This document shows, piece after piece, positions 22,960 to 34,133 of a stretch of DNA of 64,000 nucleotides (position 1 is its first letter; each line of letters starts with the position of its first letter). A model generated the notes under the pieces. That model saw only the letters and a list, made by a program, of their open reading frames with translations, did no database searches and was not told the origin of the DNA. The translations under genes were made by a program, and so were the position numbers. The stretch spans positions 1,426,001-1,490,000 of the forward strand of contig OZ251223.1 of assembly GCA_965240325.2 (NCBI GenBank), read 5' to 3'. This DNA comes from Rebecca billardiae RCC1528. Taxonomy: Eukaryota > Protista > Haptophyta.

Positions 22960-23741
22960 CAGGGTCTCCAACATTAAACTGGACACTTTGGGCAGCAGCT
23001 CAGCGTACGGCCTGTGGCTGCCTCGCGCGGGGTCAGGAGCGGCCAGCTCGGCTCGTGTGCACCCCACTAGGTCTGTCTGCGACCGCGCATAGCCGGGCAG
23101 CCCGCGTGGAGCACCCCTCTGGGTCATGCGGACAGTCGGCACAAGGCTGGTCGTGAGGGCCGTGAAGCAGCCGTGTGGCTTCTGCGCATGTCTGTAGCCA
23201 GCAAGCCCGCTCAAGGCCGCGCAGATATTATTACGTGGCATGGTCGATGACTATGCGGCATGCGCTCGACAGCCCTGGGCAAGCCCGGACGTAGCGCTAC
23301 ACCAGGAGTATATACGGCTCGATCGGACCAGCCTACCAGTTGCGCACCTCGCTTGCACAGCTGCTGCACAGCCCATCGATCGGCTCTGGCCGTGCAGGCA
23401 AGGGCTACAGTCGGCGCCACTACCCGCAGCGAACGCTGGAGACCCACCAGTGCGCGCACCAACCCGCCCGCCGCCAAATGCAACCGTGCGCCAGATACGA
23501 ATTTTAGCAGGCATGCCACCCGCGGGGGCTCCGTGGACCTGTTCAGAGCCAACCGCTAGTCGGTTGAGCTGTACATCCAAGCCAGCCCTGGCCACACGCT
23601 GAGCGCGCCGCTCGCTGCACCCACACCCTGTCGTCATCCGAGGAGTAAGGTCCATGGCGCTCATGCGAGCCTCTGGCCCATCTCATCGTTAGCAGCCGTA
23701 GTCAGCAAAAATCAGTGTCCGAACAATTGTTGGGGACCCTG
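22960..23741. mobile_element. 782-bp TIR-bounded non-autonomous element, copy 2 (direct orientation)
   Basis: Offset 2306 bp from copy 1; identical ORF translations and the same termini. Confidence 0.85.
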
Positions 23742-23958
23742 TAGCTTACGGAGTTACGGTACACATCAGCGGACATTTTCGTCCGTTTGTAACCGCTTCA
23801 GCGGGCGTCGATCTCGCTTGGTTGAGCCAAAGGAAGAGCTGTATGCGTCTCTTATTCTTAGTTTCAAACGGTCAGGTTAGTAGTATCGACTCTCTCAGTG
23901 ATGGCACCGCCTATTACGACGCTCGAGCCTTCTAAGCCTCGGAGTCTCAAGAGGCTAC

Positions 23959-24473
23959 AGGCAAGCGCGGGCAATAAGAAGTCAGAGATCTCACGGCTAG
24001 CCTCGGTTTCTTAGCCGTGACACTCGGTAGCCCGAGCGCCTACGGAGTCTCAGTTTCTTAGCGCTAGGTCCGCCCGCCGCGCAGGCGCGGGGGGCGCAGG
24101 GGGGCAGAGCCCCCGCTGAGTCTTTAGGCCCGGCCGGCGAGGCCGACGAAAATTTTGGGCCTTTTTGGAGCAAGTCTGGCATGATATTGCATGGATGCTG
24201 CGGTGCACTGGCCAGGAGTCAGTCATAAGGAGAAGTCGGGACTTGGCCTGTACTCGTAGTCGGGCCGCGCGCCGCGTCCCCGACGGGCCGACTGCGCCTC
24301 GCCCCTCGGCGGACCACTCGTCAGCCGGGACGACGTAGTCCCGGTTTCTTAGTGTGACTATGCGTATAGCGAACCAGCCAATCGCTAGCCTCAGTTTCGA
24401 TCTAGGCCAGATCCGCAGATAGCAAGCCCCAGTTTCTTAACGTGACAGCTGGCCTTATTGCCCGCGATTGCCT
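23959..24473. mobile_element. 515-bp MITE-like element with 20-bp TIRs and subterminal repeats
   Basis: AGGCAAGCGCGGGCAATAAG ... CTTATTGCCCGCGATTGCCT (1 mismatch); four internal C(G/A)GTTTCTTA motifs; no TSD found. Confidence 0.65.
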
Positions 24474-24633
24474 CGCAGTACACCTAGTACGGCTGAATAG
24501 TTCTACAGAAGATTCTACTGTAGGAGTTCAGTGTCATGACGAGACTGAGTGTCTCAGTCGTCATTGATGCCGCCGGTGCCGCACGGCAGTCTCATCGGAG
24601 CCTATTCAGACTCAGTCTGAGTGGCTGCCCTCG

Positions 24634-25860
24634 TTACAACGCAGCCGCTGCGTGCCACGCCGTGCAGTGCGGCTTGTGCGTTTTCCACGCGCTTCGCAGG
24701 TGCTCGCGGCAGCAGAAGACCGCCACGAGGCACCGCTCGCACTTCTTCACGCCACGGCCCGACTTGGCGCATACCAAGCAGCACGCCGCAGCCACCTCAC
24801 GATCTCCGGCATAGTTGCCGAGCACCTCGCTCGGATCCACCGCGGAGCCGTCAAGCTCGTGCCCGCGGCGCAGCAGCCGCACTCCCTCCGCCACGTCGCG
24901 CTGCACGGCCCCGCCTGCAAGCAGCAGGCGCGCCAATGTCGAGTGGTCTTCTGGCTCGCCGCAGTCGACGGCCAGCCGGTACCAGCGCACCGCCTCAGCC
25001 ATATCCTGCGGCACGCCCTCGCCTCGTTCGTAGAGCTCGCCCAGGGTGTTCTGCGCAACTGCATCGCCCTGCTCTGCCGCCAGCCGGTACCAGCGCACCG
25101 CCTCGGCCCAGTCCTGCGGCACACCCTCGCCGTGTTCGTAGCACATGCCCAGGTTGGTCCGCGCACGTGCATCGCCCTGCTCGACCGCCAGCCGGTGCAA
25201 GCGCACCGCCTCGGCCATATCCTGCGGCACGCCCTCGCCTCGTTCGTAGCACCAGCCCAGGTTGGTCTGCGCCCCTGCGTAGCCCTGCTCGGCCGCCAGC
25301 CGGAACAAGCGCACTGCCTCGGCCATATCCTGCGGCACGCCCTTACCTTGTTGGTGGCACACGCCCAGGTTGGTCTGCGCAACTGCATTGTCCTGCTCGA
25401 CCGCCAGTCGGTAGCAGCGCACCGCCTCGGCCCAGTTCTGTGGCACGCCCTCGCCTCGTTCGTAGCACCAGGCCAGGCGAGTCTGCGCACCTGCGTAGCC
25501 CTGCTCGGCCGCCAGCTGGAACAAGCGCACTGCCTCGGCCATATCCTGCGGTACGCCCTCGCCTCGTACGTGGCACCAGCCCAGGCTGTTCTGCGCAGCT
25601 GCGTAGCCCTGCTCGGCCGCCAGCCGGTACCAGCGCGCAGCCTCTGCCCAATTCCGCACGGCCGCCTAGATCTCGCCCAACCGTTGCTGCGCTTGTGCAA
25701 ACCCACGATTCGCTGCGATGGCATAGAGGCGAGCCGCCTCGCCGACGTCCCGTGCGACGCCGTCGCCCGATTCGGTGCGCGTCGCCAGCAGGAAGGTCGC
25801 ACGTGCGTCGCCCCGCCCCGCCCTGTGCCGGAGCATGCGGACCGCGGCATCGCTTGCCAT
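24634..25860 (-). CDS. Sel1-like repeat protein with C-terminal MYND zinc finger; in-frame TAG at 25666-25668 (possible pseudogene)
   Basis: 36-aa Sel1 repeats (AQTNLGWCYERGEGVPQDMAEAVRLFRLAAEQG); CLVC..KCERC..VFCCREH..AWKTHKPHC MYND; upstream Sel1 unit is in the same frame beyond LGEI*. Confidence 0.85.
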
Positions 25861-26038
25861 CGTTGATTGACGACGTCGTACGTCGTCACGACGTTCACTC
25901 TGAACTCTGGAACTCGTCACCTTTCAGGTTCAGACAGCCCTGTTTGGGCGCCGCGCAGCCTCGTCAGGAGCCTCCTTTCCCCTTGCTGCCACGACTGGCC
26001 GCCCTTCTCCGAGTGGGCGCGGGCACGTGACGCGCAAA

Positions 26039-27475
26039 ATGCGCCGGCGCCGGCGCCTGCAGCCCTTGCCTGTGTGGGAGGAGGTGGCGGTCCTCGCCGC
26101 GTTCGACGAGGCCGACGTGAAGCACGTGCACGCCACCGCCCTCTACGCCTGGCTCGCGCGGCACCCGGAGGCGTGCGCGTGGGAGGACGTGCGGTGGGCG
26201 GAGCTGGATGGGTTCCCCGCGCGCGCGCGCGCGGCGCTCGAGCGTGACTTCGCGCTGTACACGAGCCGAGTGGAGACGGAGGACGCGGCGGCGGATGGAT
26301 CGACCACAAAGCTCGCCATCAGGCTGCAGGACGGCCACGCGATCGAGGCCGTCCTCATCCACCACGAGGGGCGCCGCACGCTATGCCTAAGCTCGCAGGT
26401 CGGCTGCGCGATGGGCTGCTCGTTCTGTGCGACGGGCACGATGGGCATCCTCGGAGACCTGGTGGCCGGCGAGATGATCGAGCAGCTGCAGCACGCGCGC
26501 GCCCGCGCGCCCACGCGCAACGTCGTCTGGATGGGCATGGGCGAGCCGCTGAACAACTACGACGCGGTGCTGCGCGCCACGCGCTCGATGATTGACGTGA
26601 CTCGCTTCTCGCTCAGCCCGGCGCACGTGACGATCTCGACGGTGGGCATCGTGCCGCGGATGACGCAGCTCGCAGCGGACGAGCCGCGCGTCAACCTCGC
26701 CCTCTCGCTCCACGCGCCGACGCAGGCGCAGCGCGAGGCCATCATGCCCGCGGCGCGCGCCTACCCGCTGAGTGCGCTGCTCGGAGCTCTCGATGAGTAC
26801 GTGCGCGAGGCTCGCGCGCGCACGCGGCCGGAGAAGAGCGTGATGATCGAGTACATCATGCTCGCGGGGGTGAATGACTCGCTCGACGATGCGCGTGCCC
26901 TCGGCCACCTCCTCGGCTCGCGCCCGGTCGTTGTCAACCTCATCCCGTACAATCCGACGGACGCGACCGCGGGGTACTGCCGCTCGGCCGATGCTGACAC
27001 AGATGCGTTCCTCTCCGCGCTCGTGACGGAGTTTGGGCTGAAGACATTCGTGCGACGCACGATGGGCTCGGACGTGGCGTCGGCCTGCGGCCAGCTCGTG
27101 CGCGAAAAGCAGCGACCGCGCGCGCTTGGCGACATCGAGGATGCTGGCAGCCGCGCACGTGGCCGCCCGGGCGCCCGCCCGCAAGCGCGCCGCCCCCAGC
27201 CGCAGGGTCCCGCGACAGAGCCACCGCGCACGCGAGGGGCTGCGAGCCCATCGTCGCGGCCCGACGCGCCTGCGGGCACACGGGAGGCACAGCGATCAGT
27301 TGCGCGCGGCGGCATTGACCGGGTGCCTTTGTGGATGATCACGCCGGCGCGTCTCGGTGTGCTCCTTGCAGCAGTGGTTGCCGCTGTCGCCAGCCTGTGG
27401 CAAGGTGGTCTGACCGCGTTGCCGTTGACACTCTCAGGCACGGACTCACGCGCTGGTGGGCACATCGGACTCTGA
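26039..27475 (+). CDS. rlmN: Radical-SAM RNA methyltransferase, RlmN family, with C-terminal hydrophobic helix
   Basis: CLSSQVGCAMGCSFCATG (CxxxCxxC), MGMGEPLNN, LALSLHAP, VNLIPYNP, ASACGQL. Confidence 0.93.
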   Translation: MRRRRRLQPLPVWEEVAVLAAFDEADVKHVHATALYAWLARHPEACAWEDVRWAELDGFPARARAALERDFALYTSRVETEDAAADGSTTKLAIRLQDGHAIEAVLIHHEGRRTLCLSSQVGCAMGCSFCATGTMGILGDLVAGEMIEQLQHARARAPTRNVVWMGMGEPLNNYDAVLRATRSMIDVTRFSLSPAHVTISTVGIVPRMTQLAADEPRVNLALSLHAPTQAQREAIMPAARAYPLSALLGALDEYVREARARTRPEKSVMIEYIMLAGVNDSLDDARALGHLLGSRPVVVNLIPYNPTDATAGYCRSADADTDAFLSALVTEFGLKTFVRRTMGSDVASACGQLVREKQRPRALGDIEDAGSRARGRPGARPQARRPQPQGPATEPPRTRGAASPSSRPDAPAGTREAQRSVARGGIDRVPLWMITPARLGVLLAAVVAAVASLWQGGLTALPLTLSGTDSRAGGHIGL

Positions 27476-27886
27476 GCCGCGCGACGCTCAGTCGTCGCAA
27501 GGCGCGCAAGCAATATGACCTTAGCCTCGATCTATTCTAATTATTATTCAGCATTATAATAAGTATTTTAAATATATATATTAAAATAATAATAGTAGTA
27601 GGCATCATTTAGCTTTAAAAATAATACTGCCATATTATTACTAACTCGGACTACTCGGAGTCTCGGATCTGTCGGGCCGCTGAGTCTGTCCGAGACGGGC
27701 CGCGTGCCGGCGTGTAGGCATGAGTACCGAGTGCTCGCGGACCGCGCGTCCCGGAGCGGACAAATTATTTAATGTCTCATTCACAGAGTTACACGCTGGT
27801 ACAGGTAGTGGTGCATGGAGCAGAGACAGATGAGGTGAGCCGCCGGCGGCCACATTCACATTCACTCACCATTTTATTAGTATACG

Positions 27887-28147
27887 GAGAGAGAGAGAGA
27901 GTGTGATCGAGCCAGAGAGAATATTACATACACGTACTACACACACACATATATATTACTATATATATTACTATATATATACGAATCAGTATATTGGCCA
28001 GATATTGATACTGCTAGTGAAAGTAGTGAATCTGAGAGAGAGAGAGAGAGGCTCGGATCGAGAGAGCCGAGAGACGGATATCGAGAGCAGAGAGAGACGG
28101 ATCGAGAGATCGAGAGAGGGAGATTTCGAGCAGAGAGAGAGAGAGAG
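27887..28147. repeat. Degenerate (GA)n/(TA)n/(CA)n microsatellite tract
   Basis: Visible dinucleotide runs. Confidence 0.8.
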
Positions 28148-29458
28148 CGTCCGATCATCACTCACTGCGCGCGGAGCACATGCAGCAGGCGGCTCTCGAC
28201 CGGCCCGCAATTCAGACAGTCTACTCGGGCCCATAGTAGATCGATGATATTAGCAGCAGATTCGGTAGTAGTGACGATGTCGATGATGTGTCCGCGTGTC
28301 TAGTGCGTCTACGAGTGCCAGGCCCAGTGGCACTCCCGTGCCGTGCGGCTGACGATGAGCGGCCGACCGACAATATGAACTATGACATGTACAAAGGCGA
28401 GTGCTGTACCGGCCGGCGGGCGGCGGCCGCGCTGACAGGCCGAGTGAGCTAGTCACCACGTCCGCTGCGAGCATTATTATTGCTCTGATTGCTCAGTCCG
28501 ATTAGCCGTCAGCTGCACAGCAGGGCACTACTGTCTACTCGCCACTCGTCAGAGGCCGCGGGTCATGTTACGCGTCACGGCCGTGGCTGGAGGTCAAGCC
28601 GCCTCTTTCCGGTGATCGCTGGACGAGTGGACGCTGGGAAACACTGGGAGGCCATGCGTGCGATGGCGCTTCACCCGCCGTGAGCCACGTCGTGTCACGA
28701 GGGCCCGGCTTTTCAGTTTTCGTACCGAGCCCGAGGCGCGCCGGTGGTTCGCGCGAGGTCACTGACATGCGCAGTGCGTGATCCCATGGCCGGTTTGAGC
28801 GCTCGCCGGGCAAGTCTGGCGTGGATCGTTTCGCAGGTCCGACACGATCACGAAGGGGACTGCCGCAGAGTCACAGTTCGCGGCCTGACCGAGAGTACGC
28901 GCCGGTCAGCTCACACCATCTACGATGGCCATACCAGGGCGGGCGGAGAGAAAATGCCAAGTCAATCTGCACGCGAGACGATGAGGGGAGCAGTCGCGCT
29001 CCGGAGGAACACACGTCTCGGCGCAGCCTCGCGCGAAATCCGCGCCGTGCGCCAAAACCCAGAGAGCCAAGGGTGGTCTTGGGACCAGAGTGGTGGGCGG
29101 CCCGCCGAAACTCGAAAGGGCATCAAACCAAACAATGGTCGTAACAAATCACCTACCCGTAAAGACTCTATGATCAAACCGCTAGTAATTCGACCGCACC
29201 GCTATTCCACCAAGGGACGTAATTCATTCCACCAACCCATAATTCTTGCCAAACGACGACAAAGGCACTCCTTTTTAGCCCAGCGCCATCAAAAGGCCAT
29301 CAACCTGTACCGCCATCTATCTACGTGTGTTCAAGTCTCATAGGCGACTTCGTTTCCACTTGACGGATCGGTATTGGATCCCCGTTTTAGAGTTGATGGC
29401 CCCGGGTACCGCTTGAACCACGGCTCGCCAGTGGCGCAACAAGCCACGCGCCCACGCC

Positions 29459-30214
29459 ATGACATCCCCGCACCGCTCCTTCACGCACGGCATCAACGGC
29501 ATCCGCACAGAGATGGAACAAGCGCGGTGCATCGAACCTTCGCCATCGTGCGGCGGCGCTGGCGTGAAGGCGTTGTCCTCAGGCGTGTTGCCACCACAGG
29601 CCCCGGTGGGGGATGTCGATCGTGGTGGTTCCATGCCTGGTGGCGCCAGCACAGCCGCGGTACACCTACCGCCGTCCTTTCCTGGAGCACGAGGGCAGCT
29701 GCTCTTGCAAACGCTGTCGTCGGTCAGTCAGCTCGAGCAGTGGCTACCTCGCGTGGTGGCGGCCGAAGGCCTGCAGCCGTACCAGCAGGTCTGGTGGGGT
29801 CGGCAGGAGAGACCGCGGGCTGCAGCCGCGGAAATGCCTCGTGCATCTACAACGCATCCACAAGGTGCGTGGGGATTGCTGCCGCAACGCCCTCTGAGCG
29901 ACGGGCAGTCACGTGCAGCGCGACAGCAGCCACCGCCCCCGCCTGCTGAGGCGACGTCTGCCGGAATGCCGCAGCCGAGCATGGCGAGGGCCAACTCCAC
30001 AGAGAGCGTGCGCGAGGAAATGGCCCGGCTGACTGTGCGGCTGATCGTGTTGAGTGAAGAGCAACATCCACAGCGCGAGCAGCACGTGGATGCAGTTCTC
30101 ACTCTGATGCGTGAGTGCCTGGAGCAGGCCTGCGGGGGCTTTGGTGCGGCCGAGGCGAACTCTGAGGAGGCCTCGCAGCCGGGGCGGCAGGCTGCGCAGT
30201 GGCATCGGACGTGA
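29459..30214 (+). CDS. Hypothetical Gln/Pro-rich protein
   Basis: ATG-initiated 251-aa ORF with a C-terminal helix; no recognised domain, weak codon bias. Confidence 0.3.
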   Translation: MTSPHRSFTHGINGIRTEMEQARCIEPSPSCGGAGVKALSSGVLPPQAPVGDVDRGGSMPGGASTAAVHLPPSFPGARGQLLLQTLSSVSQLEQWLPRVVAAEGLQPYQQVWWGRQERPRAAAAEMPRASTTHPQGAWGLLPQRPLSDGQSRAARQQPPPPPAEATSAGMPQPSMARANSTESVREEMARLTVRLIVLSEEQHPQREQHVDAVLTLMRECLEQACGGFGAAEANSEEASQPGRQAAQWHRT

Positions 30215-31116
30215 GCGCCCGCCGACCACTTTTCGCCATACCAGCTGCGTGTCCGTCTCGCCTGATGAGTGATGCCGCGCAGCGAGCGTCACTGCTGGTG
30301 CTGCTTGCCGACAGCTACTGGCTCCTACGCACGGGTCTGCGACGAAGACGAGCGTCCGCTGGTTCTCTCTACACTGCATGCCAGTGGCCCGCAGTACCCG
30401 CCGCCGCTCGGTCCGCGTAAGGTAAAGGGGTCCGTGTGGATGGACGCCAATCACTAATCAGCCATTCAGCCAACTTCTAATTCAACTTCATCCTACTGTC
30501 TACTGATATATATGCCAACATGCCCATGCAGCGGCATAAGCACCCGTGGCATCGGGTATGAGTATCAGTCGGCAGCTCGGTCAGTCACTAACTCCCGGTA
30601 CCGTATTTAATTAAGCCGCGCTGCGAGCGGTCAATCAAAAGCCCTGCACGAGGGCTGGACGGCACACCACGGACCAAACTGCGGCATCGGCCACGGGCAT
30701 GCGAGTCCAAACGTGTGTGCCCACCGCCCGCACGGGTCCGCCCCGGCACGGTGATGTGCGTGTATTGTAGCGCGAGGGCCCGCTCATCGCCGATGGCTCG
30801 CTGCATGCGACGGCCGGCACTCCCGCTGCTGGGGGATGGAGGCAAGGTGCGACGGGGCGGCCCGCGTACGGAATGCGGCGGCGTTTGGAAGATGGGGCTC
30901 GCAGAAGCCGTCCCATGATGCCTCTCCGCGGCCACCAGCTCCCGGAGGCCGCCGTCAAATGGCAGTCCGCCGTGGTGTCCACGAGCAGAGCAGTCTGCGT
31001 TGCCGCTGCACGCCGCGTCAAGGCTGCAGCCACGCGTCACCAGGTGATCATCGGGTGGAGGATCAGGGCATGTCTCAGGCGCGTAACCGACTCGGGCTAG
31101 TGCCTATGTGATGCGC

Positions 31117-31680
31117 TCACGCCAATGATTCGAGCTGCCCTCGAATGGCCAGTACTTCGCGCTGCAGCTGTGAAGCTCTCTGCGAGCGCTCCACCAGCCG
31201 GGCCTGCACGGCTTGCTGCAGAGCAGAACGCTCCCGAAGACGAGCGTCGAGCATGCCCACGAGGCGCTCCATGGCCTCTGCGCCGCGCTCTTCGAGCTGG
31301 ATCTCCTCGGCGAGATCATGGCCACGTTGTTCCTGCTCAGCCAGCTGCGCGCGCGCATGGTGGATTCCTTGCCGCACGCGCCTGTGCTGCGCAAGCTGAG
31401 CACTGGCTTGGCGTGAGCACTCAGCCGTTGCGGCAAGCGCGAGCTCGGCTTCCGTGCACAGTGCCTCGTGCTGCGCACGCAGCTGCGCGACGAGCGCTTC
31501 CAGCCACCTGCCATGCTCACGGAACTCGTGACGCATGAGCTGCAGCTTCTGCCGCAGCTCGACGCGCTCAACGAGTTGTGCGTGCACGGCGCGCGCAGTC
31601 TGCTCCAAGGCGGCCGCGTCCTCGAGGAGTGCCCGAGTACGCGATATGCGTGCGCTGCGAGGTCGCGATCGACGTGCCAT
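31117..31680 (-). CDS. Hypothetical coiled-coil protein
   Basis: ATG ORF, heptad-like L/A/E/Q/R composition. Confidence 0.6.
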   Translation of the reverse strand: MARRSRPRSARISRTRALLEDAAALEQTARAVHAQLVERVELRQKLQLMRHEFREHGRWLEALVAQLRAQHEALCTEAELALAATAECSRQASAQLAQHRRVRQGIHHARAQLAEQEQRGHDLAEEIQLEERGAEAMERLVGMLDARLRERSALQQAVQARLVERSQRASQLQREVLAIRGQLESLA

Positions 31681-31958
31681 GGCTCACTCGTGCTGGTTTG
31701 CTGAGCTCGGGCGGCTGGGTGGTGACGCCGCTGCCATCATCGTCGTCGTTACTGTACCGCATCCTTCGCGGTGTCGTGATAGAATACGAGACTGCACGTA
31801 ACCGTATATCATGACGGATGTAATCTCGCCTGCCTGAGCTGTGTGCGTCTCTTATTCTTAGTAAACTGTACCATACCGTAATTACTGGAACGGTACACAC
31901 ACCAATTAGCACTTGTCACAGAAGAACTGCGTTCCGCTCGTTTTCGTAACGGCGCTCC

Positions 31959-32513
31959 ATGGCAGGCGGCGACGGTGTCATTCGTGAGTTACAGGTGCGA
32001 TTGTATCGAGATCGTGGCGATCTGCACCGCGTGACGTCGAGCTTGGAGGCGCTGCAGCTACAAGTGAGCGAGCATCGCGAACATCTCCTCGCTGCGGATC
32101 TGTGTGTGCAGTCAATGCAGCGACTGGAGGCGCAGTTTAAAGTGCAGCTGGCCACAGCTTCGGAACGCCTGGCAAGTGAACAGAACCGGTGCACGGAAGC
32201 GAGCGAGCTTCTCGCTCGCGCACACACGGAGAAATCAGACGTGCTTCATGAGCTGAAGGCGGTGGCGCAGCGTGCTGCCGCTGCCGACGCGCGCCTTGCT
32301 CACAGCCGAGATCGCCACATGCGAGCACGCGATTTGGCGCGCACACGTTTGAAACAGCTCAGTGTGCTTGAGAACGACATCAGGGCATCGGAGGGCAGGC
32401 TGCGGGAGGCGGAGGGACGGATTCGCGCGCTTCAGCGTGATCGCGAACGCTTGCGCGCGCAATCTGCCGCGTGGCAGCTCCTATCTGAGTCCGCTAGCCG
32501 CAATGGCCAATGA
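31959..32513 (+). CDS. Hypothetical coiled-coil protein
   Basis: ATG ORF, heptad-like composition, divergent from the previous gene. Confidence 0.6.
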   Translation: MAGGDGVIRELQVRLYRDRGDLHRVTSSLEALQLQVSEHREHLLAADLCVQSMQRLEAQFKVQLATASERLASEQNRCTEASELLARAHTEKSDVLHELKAVAQRAAAADARLAHSRDRHMRARDLARTRLKQLSVLENDIRASEGRLREAEGRIRALQRDRERLRAQSAAWQLLSESASRNGQ

Positions 32514-34133
32514 GTCCCGGAGCGGCCCGCGGTCCGGCGCGTGTTACTCGCGGCGGGCGCGGTCCGCGCGCGGGCCACGCAATCCCCGGCCCCGGCTCGT
32601 CAATGCTGAGTCACACCTCGGACGGTTCACGCCCCGGGCTGACGGGTCACAGTATCACGGGAGTGTGAGCCCGATCGAACGGCGGTCTGGCAGATGCAGC
32701 ATGAGGCACGCGGTCGACGGCCGGATGCCGGGACCCGCGTCGTCGTAACACGGACGCGAACTGACCGTATCAACAGATTCAACTTCCCGAAAACTTTGAA
32801 GAGTTCTGATTCCGTCAGACTTAATGACGCGTCTGACGCCCAGACCGCGTCACACAATACACATGATTCGCCATTCATCGGTGCAGCGCCCGGCCGTCGA
32901 GCTTCCGCTGCGGCTGGCGGCGATGCGGAGTGATGGGCGACTACGAGCGGGCGGGGGGCCAGGACAGGAGTCAGGACGACGGCGAGGAGCGCTCGCGGCT
33001 CGGATCGACTGGTGTTTGTTACGGTCCTGCTGCTCGATCTGCTGCGGCTACCGCGAGTCTTGCAGTGCGAGTGACCGTCTTCGGTCTTAGCATAAGGGCC
33101 TTACCGGTTACCGCATTACTAGGGCCGGCCTGGCTCAGTGGCTGCCCGTCGACAATGTGACACTAGTGCCACGTCGTTGAATATATATATACCGTACTGA
33201 GTACTGACCCGTCACCGAGTGACCGTGGCCTAACTGGCACTTCAGGAAAACTTAGGTCGCGTAGTCACTATATAGTCCCCTCCATCGACAGGCCGCGGGC
33301 CTCCTCGGGACTCGGAATCCGGGACCCGGCCTGCTACTCGGTCAGGAGCGCGCAGCCATCTCATTCCGTTAACTAACAGAAACAGTAACTGCGCGGGCTC
33401 AGAGTCAGACACAGCCACTGAGACTCCGAGTGGCACAGACCGAGTCAGCTCCGGCGACTAACGGACCGAGCTGCCAGTGGCCGCGCGCTCGGACCCGGGC
33501 TGGGCGGCTGAGTCACTCTCCGGGTTCATCTAGTGAATAACTAACAGTTCTGTACGGTCTTAGGCTTAGCCTGTGAGTGAGTCGGTGACTGTGTGTCGAA
33601 AGTCCGACTAAGACAGAAAATCCGAGAATAGTTAAATATTAATATATATGACCTCATCCTCATCCAGGCGCCCACGCGGGCGCACGGGGGCGACAGCCGC
33701 GGCTGCCGCTTGCCGGAGCTGCTCGCCGCTAGGTCGGCGGGCGGCGACATCGACTACGACCTCACCCTCATCCAAGTGCTCCGGAAGGCGCTCGGCCGCG
33801 GCGGCATCTGCCGTCGCTGCCGCGTCGGCCCCAGGCCGAGGCCGGTGCTCCGCATCCCGGCCCCGCTCCCGTAGGGGGGCAGGGCTGCGGGTGGCGCACT
33901 GTCTGACCTGGACGGAAGGCGCGGACGCATTCTATGTGTCTGTTGCACTCTGAGCCTGACGCTTGTCCGATGCTGCCACGTCGTTAAATATATATATATA
34001 GTCTATTACTGATGTATATTAATTAGGCTCAGTATAACATAAACATGCAGTCACCTAATTGTTATGCGGATTGGCATCTCAATGCTAGTGTACACTCGGT
34101 GTCGAAGCCGTCTTATCAACAGTGCATACCACG

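Noticed and set aside
20654-23741. Canonical LTR retrotransposon or TRIM
   Set aside because: Termini are CA..TG rather than TG..CA; no PBS, PPT or gag/pol is visible
7795-31868. A giant 24-kb transposon defined by the inverted 33-bp ends
   Set aside because: The left end already has its own partner at 7962-7971, a third copy lies inside, and the interval holds ordinary intron-containing genes
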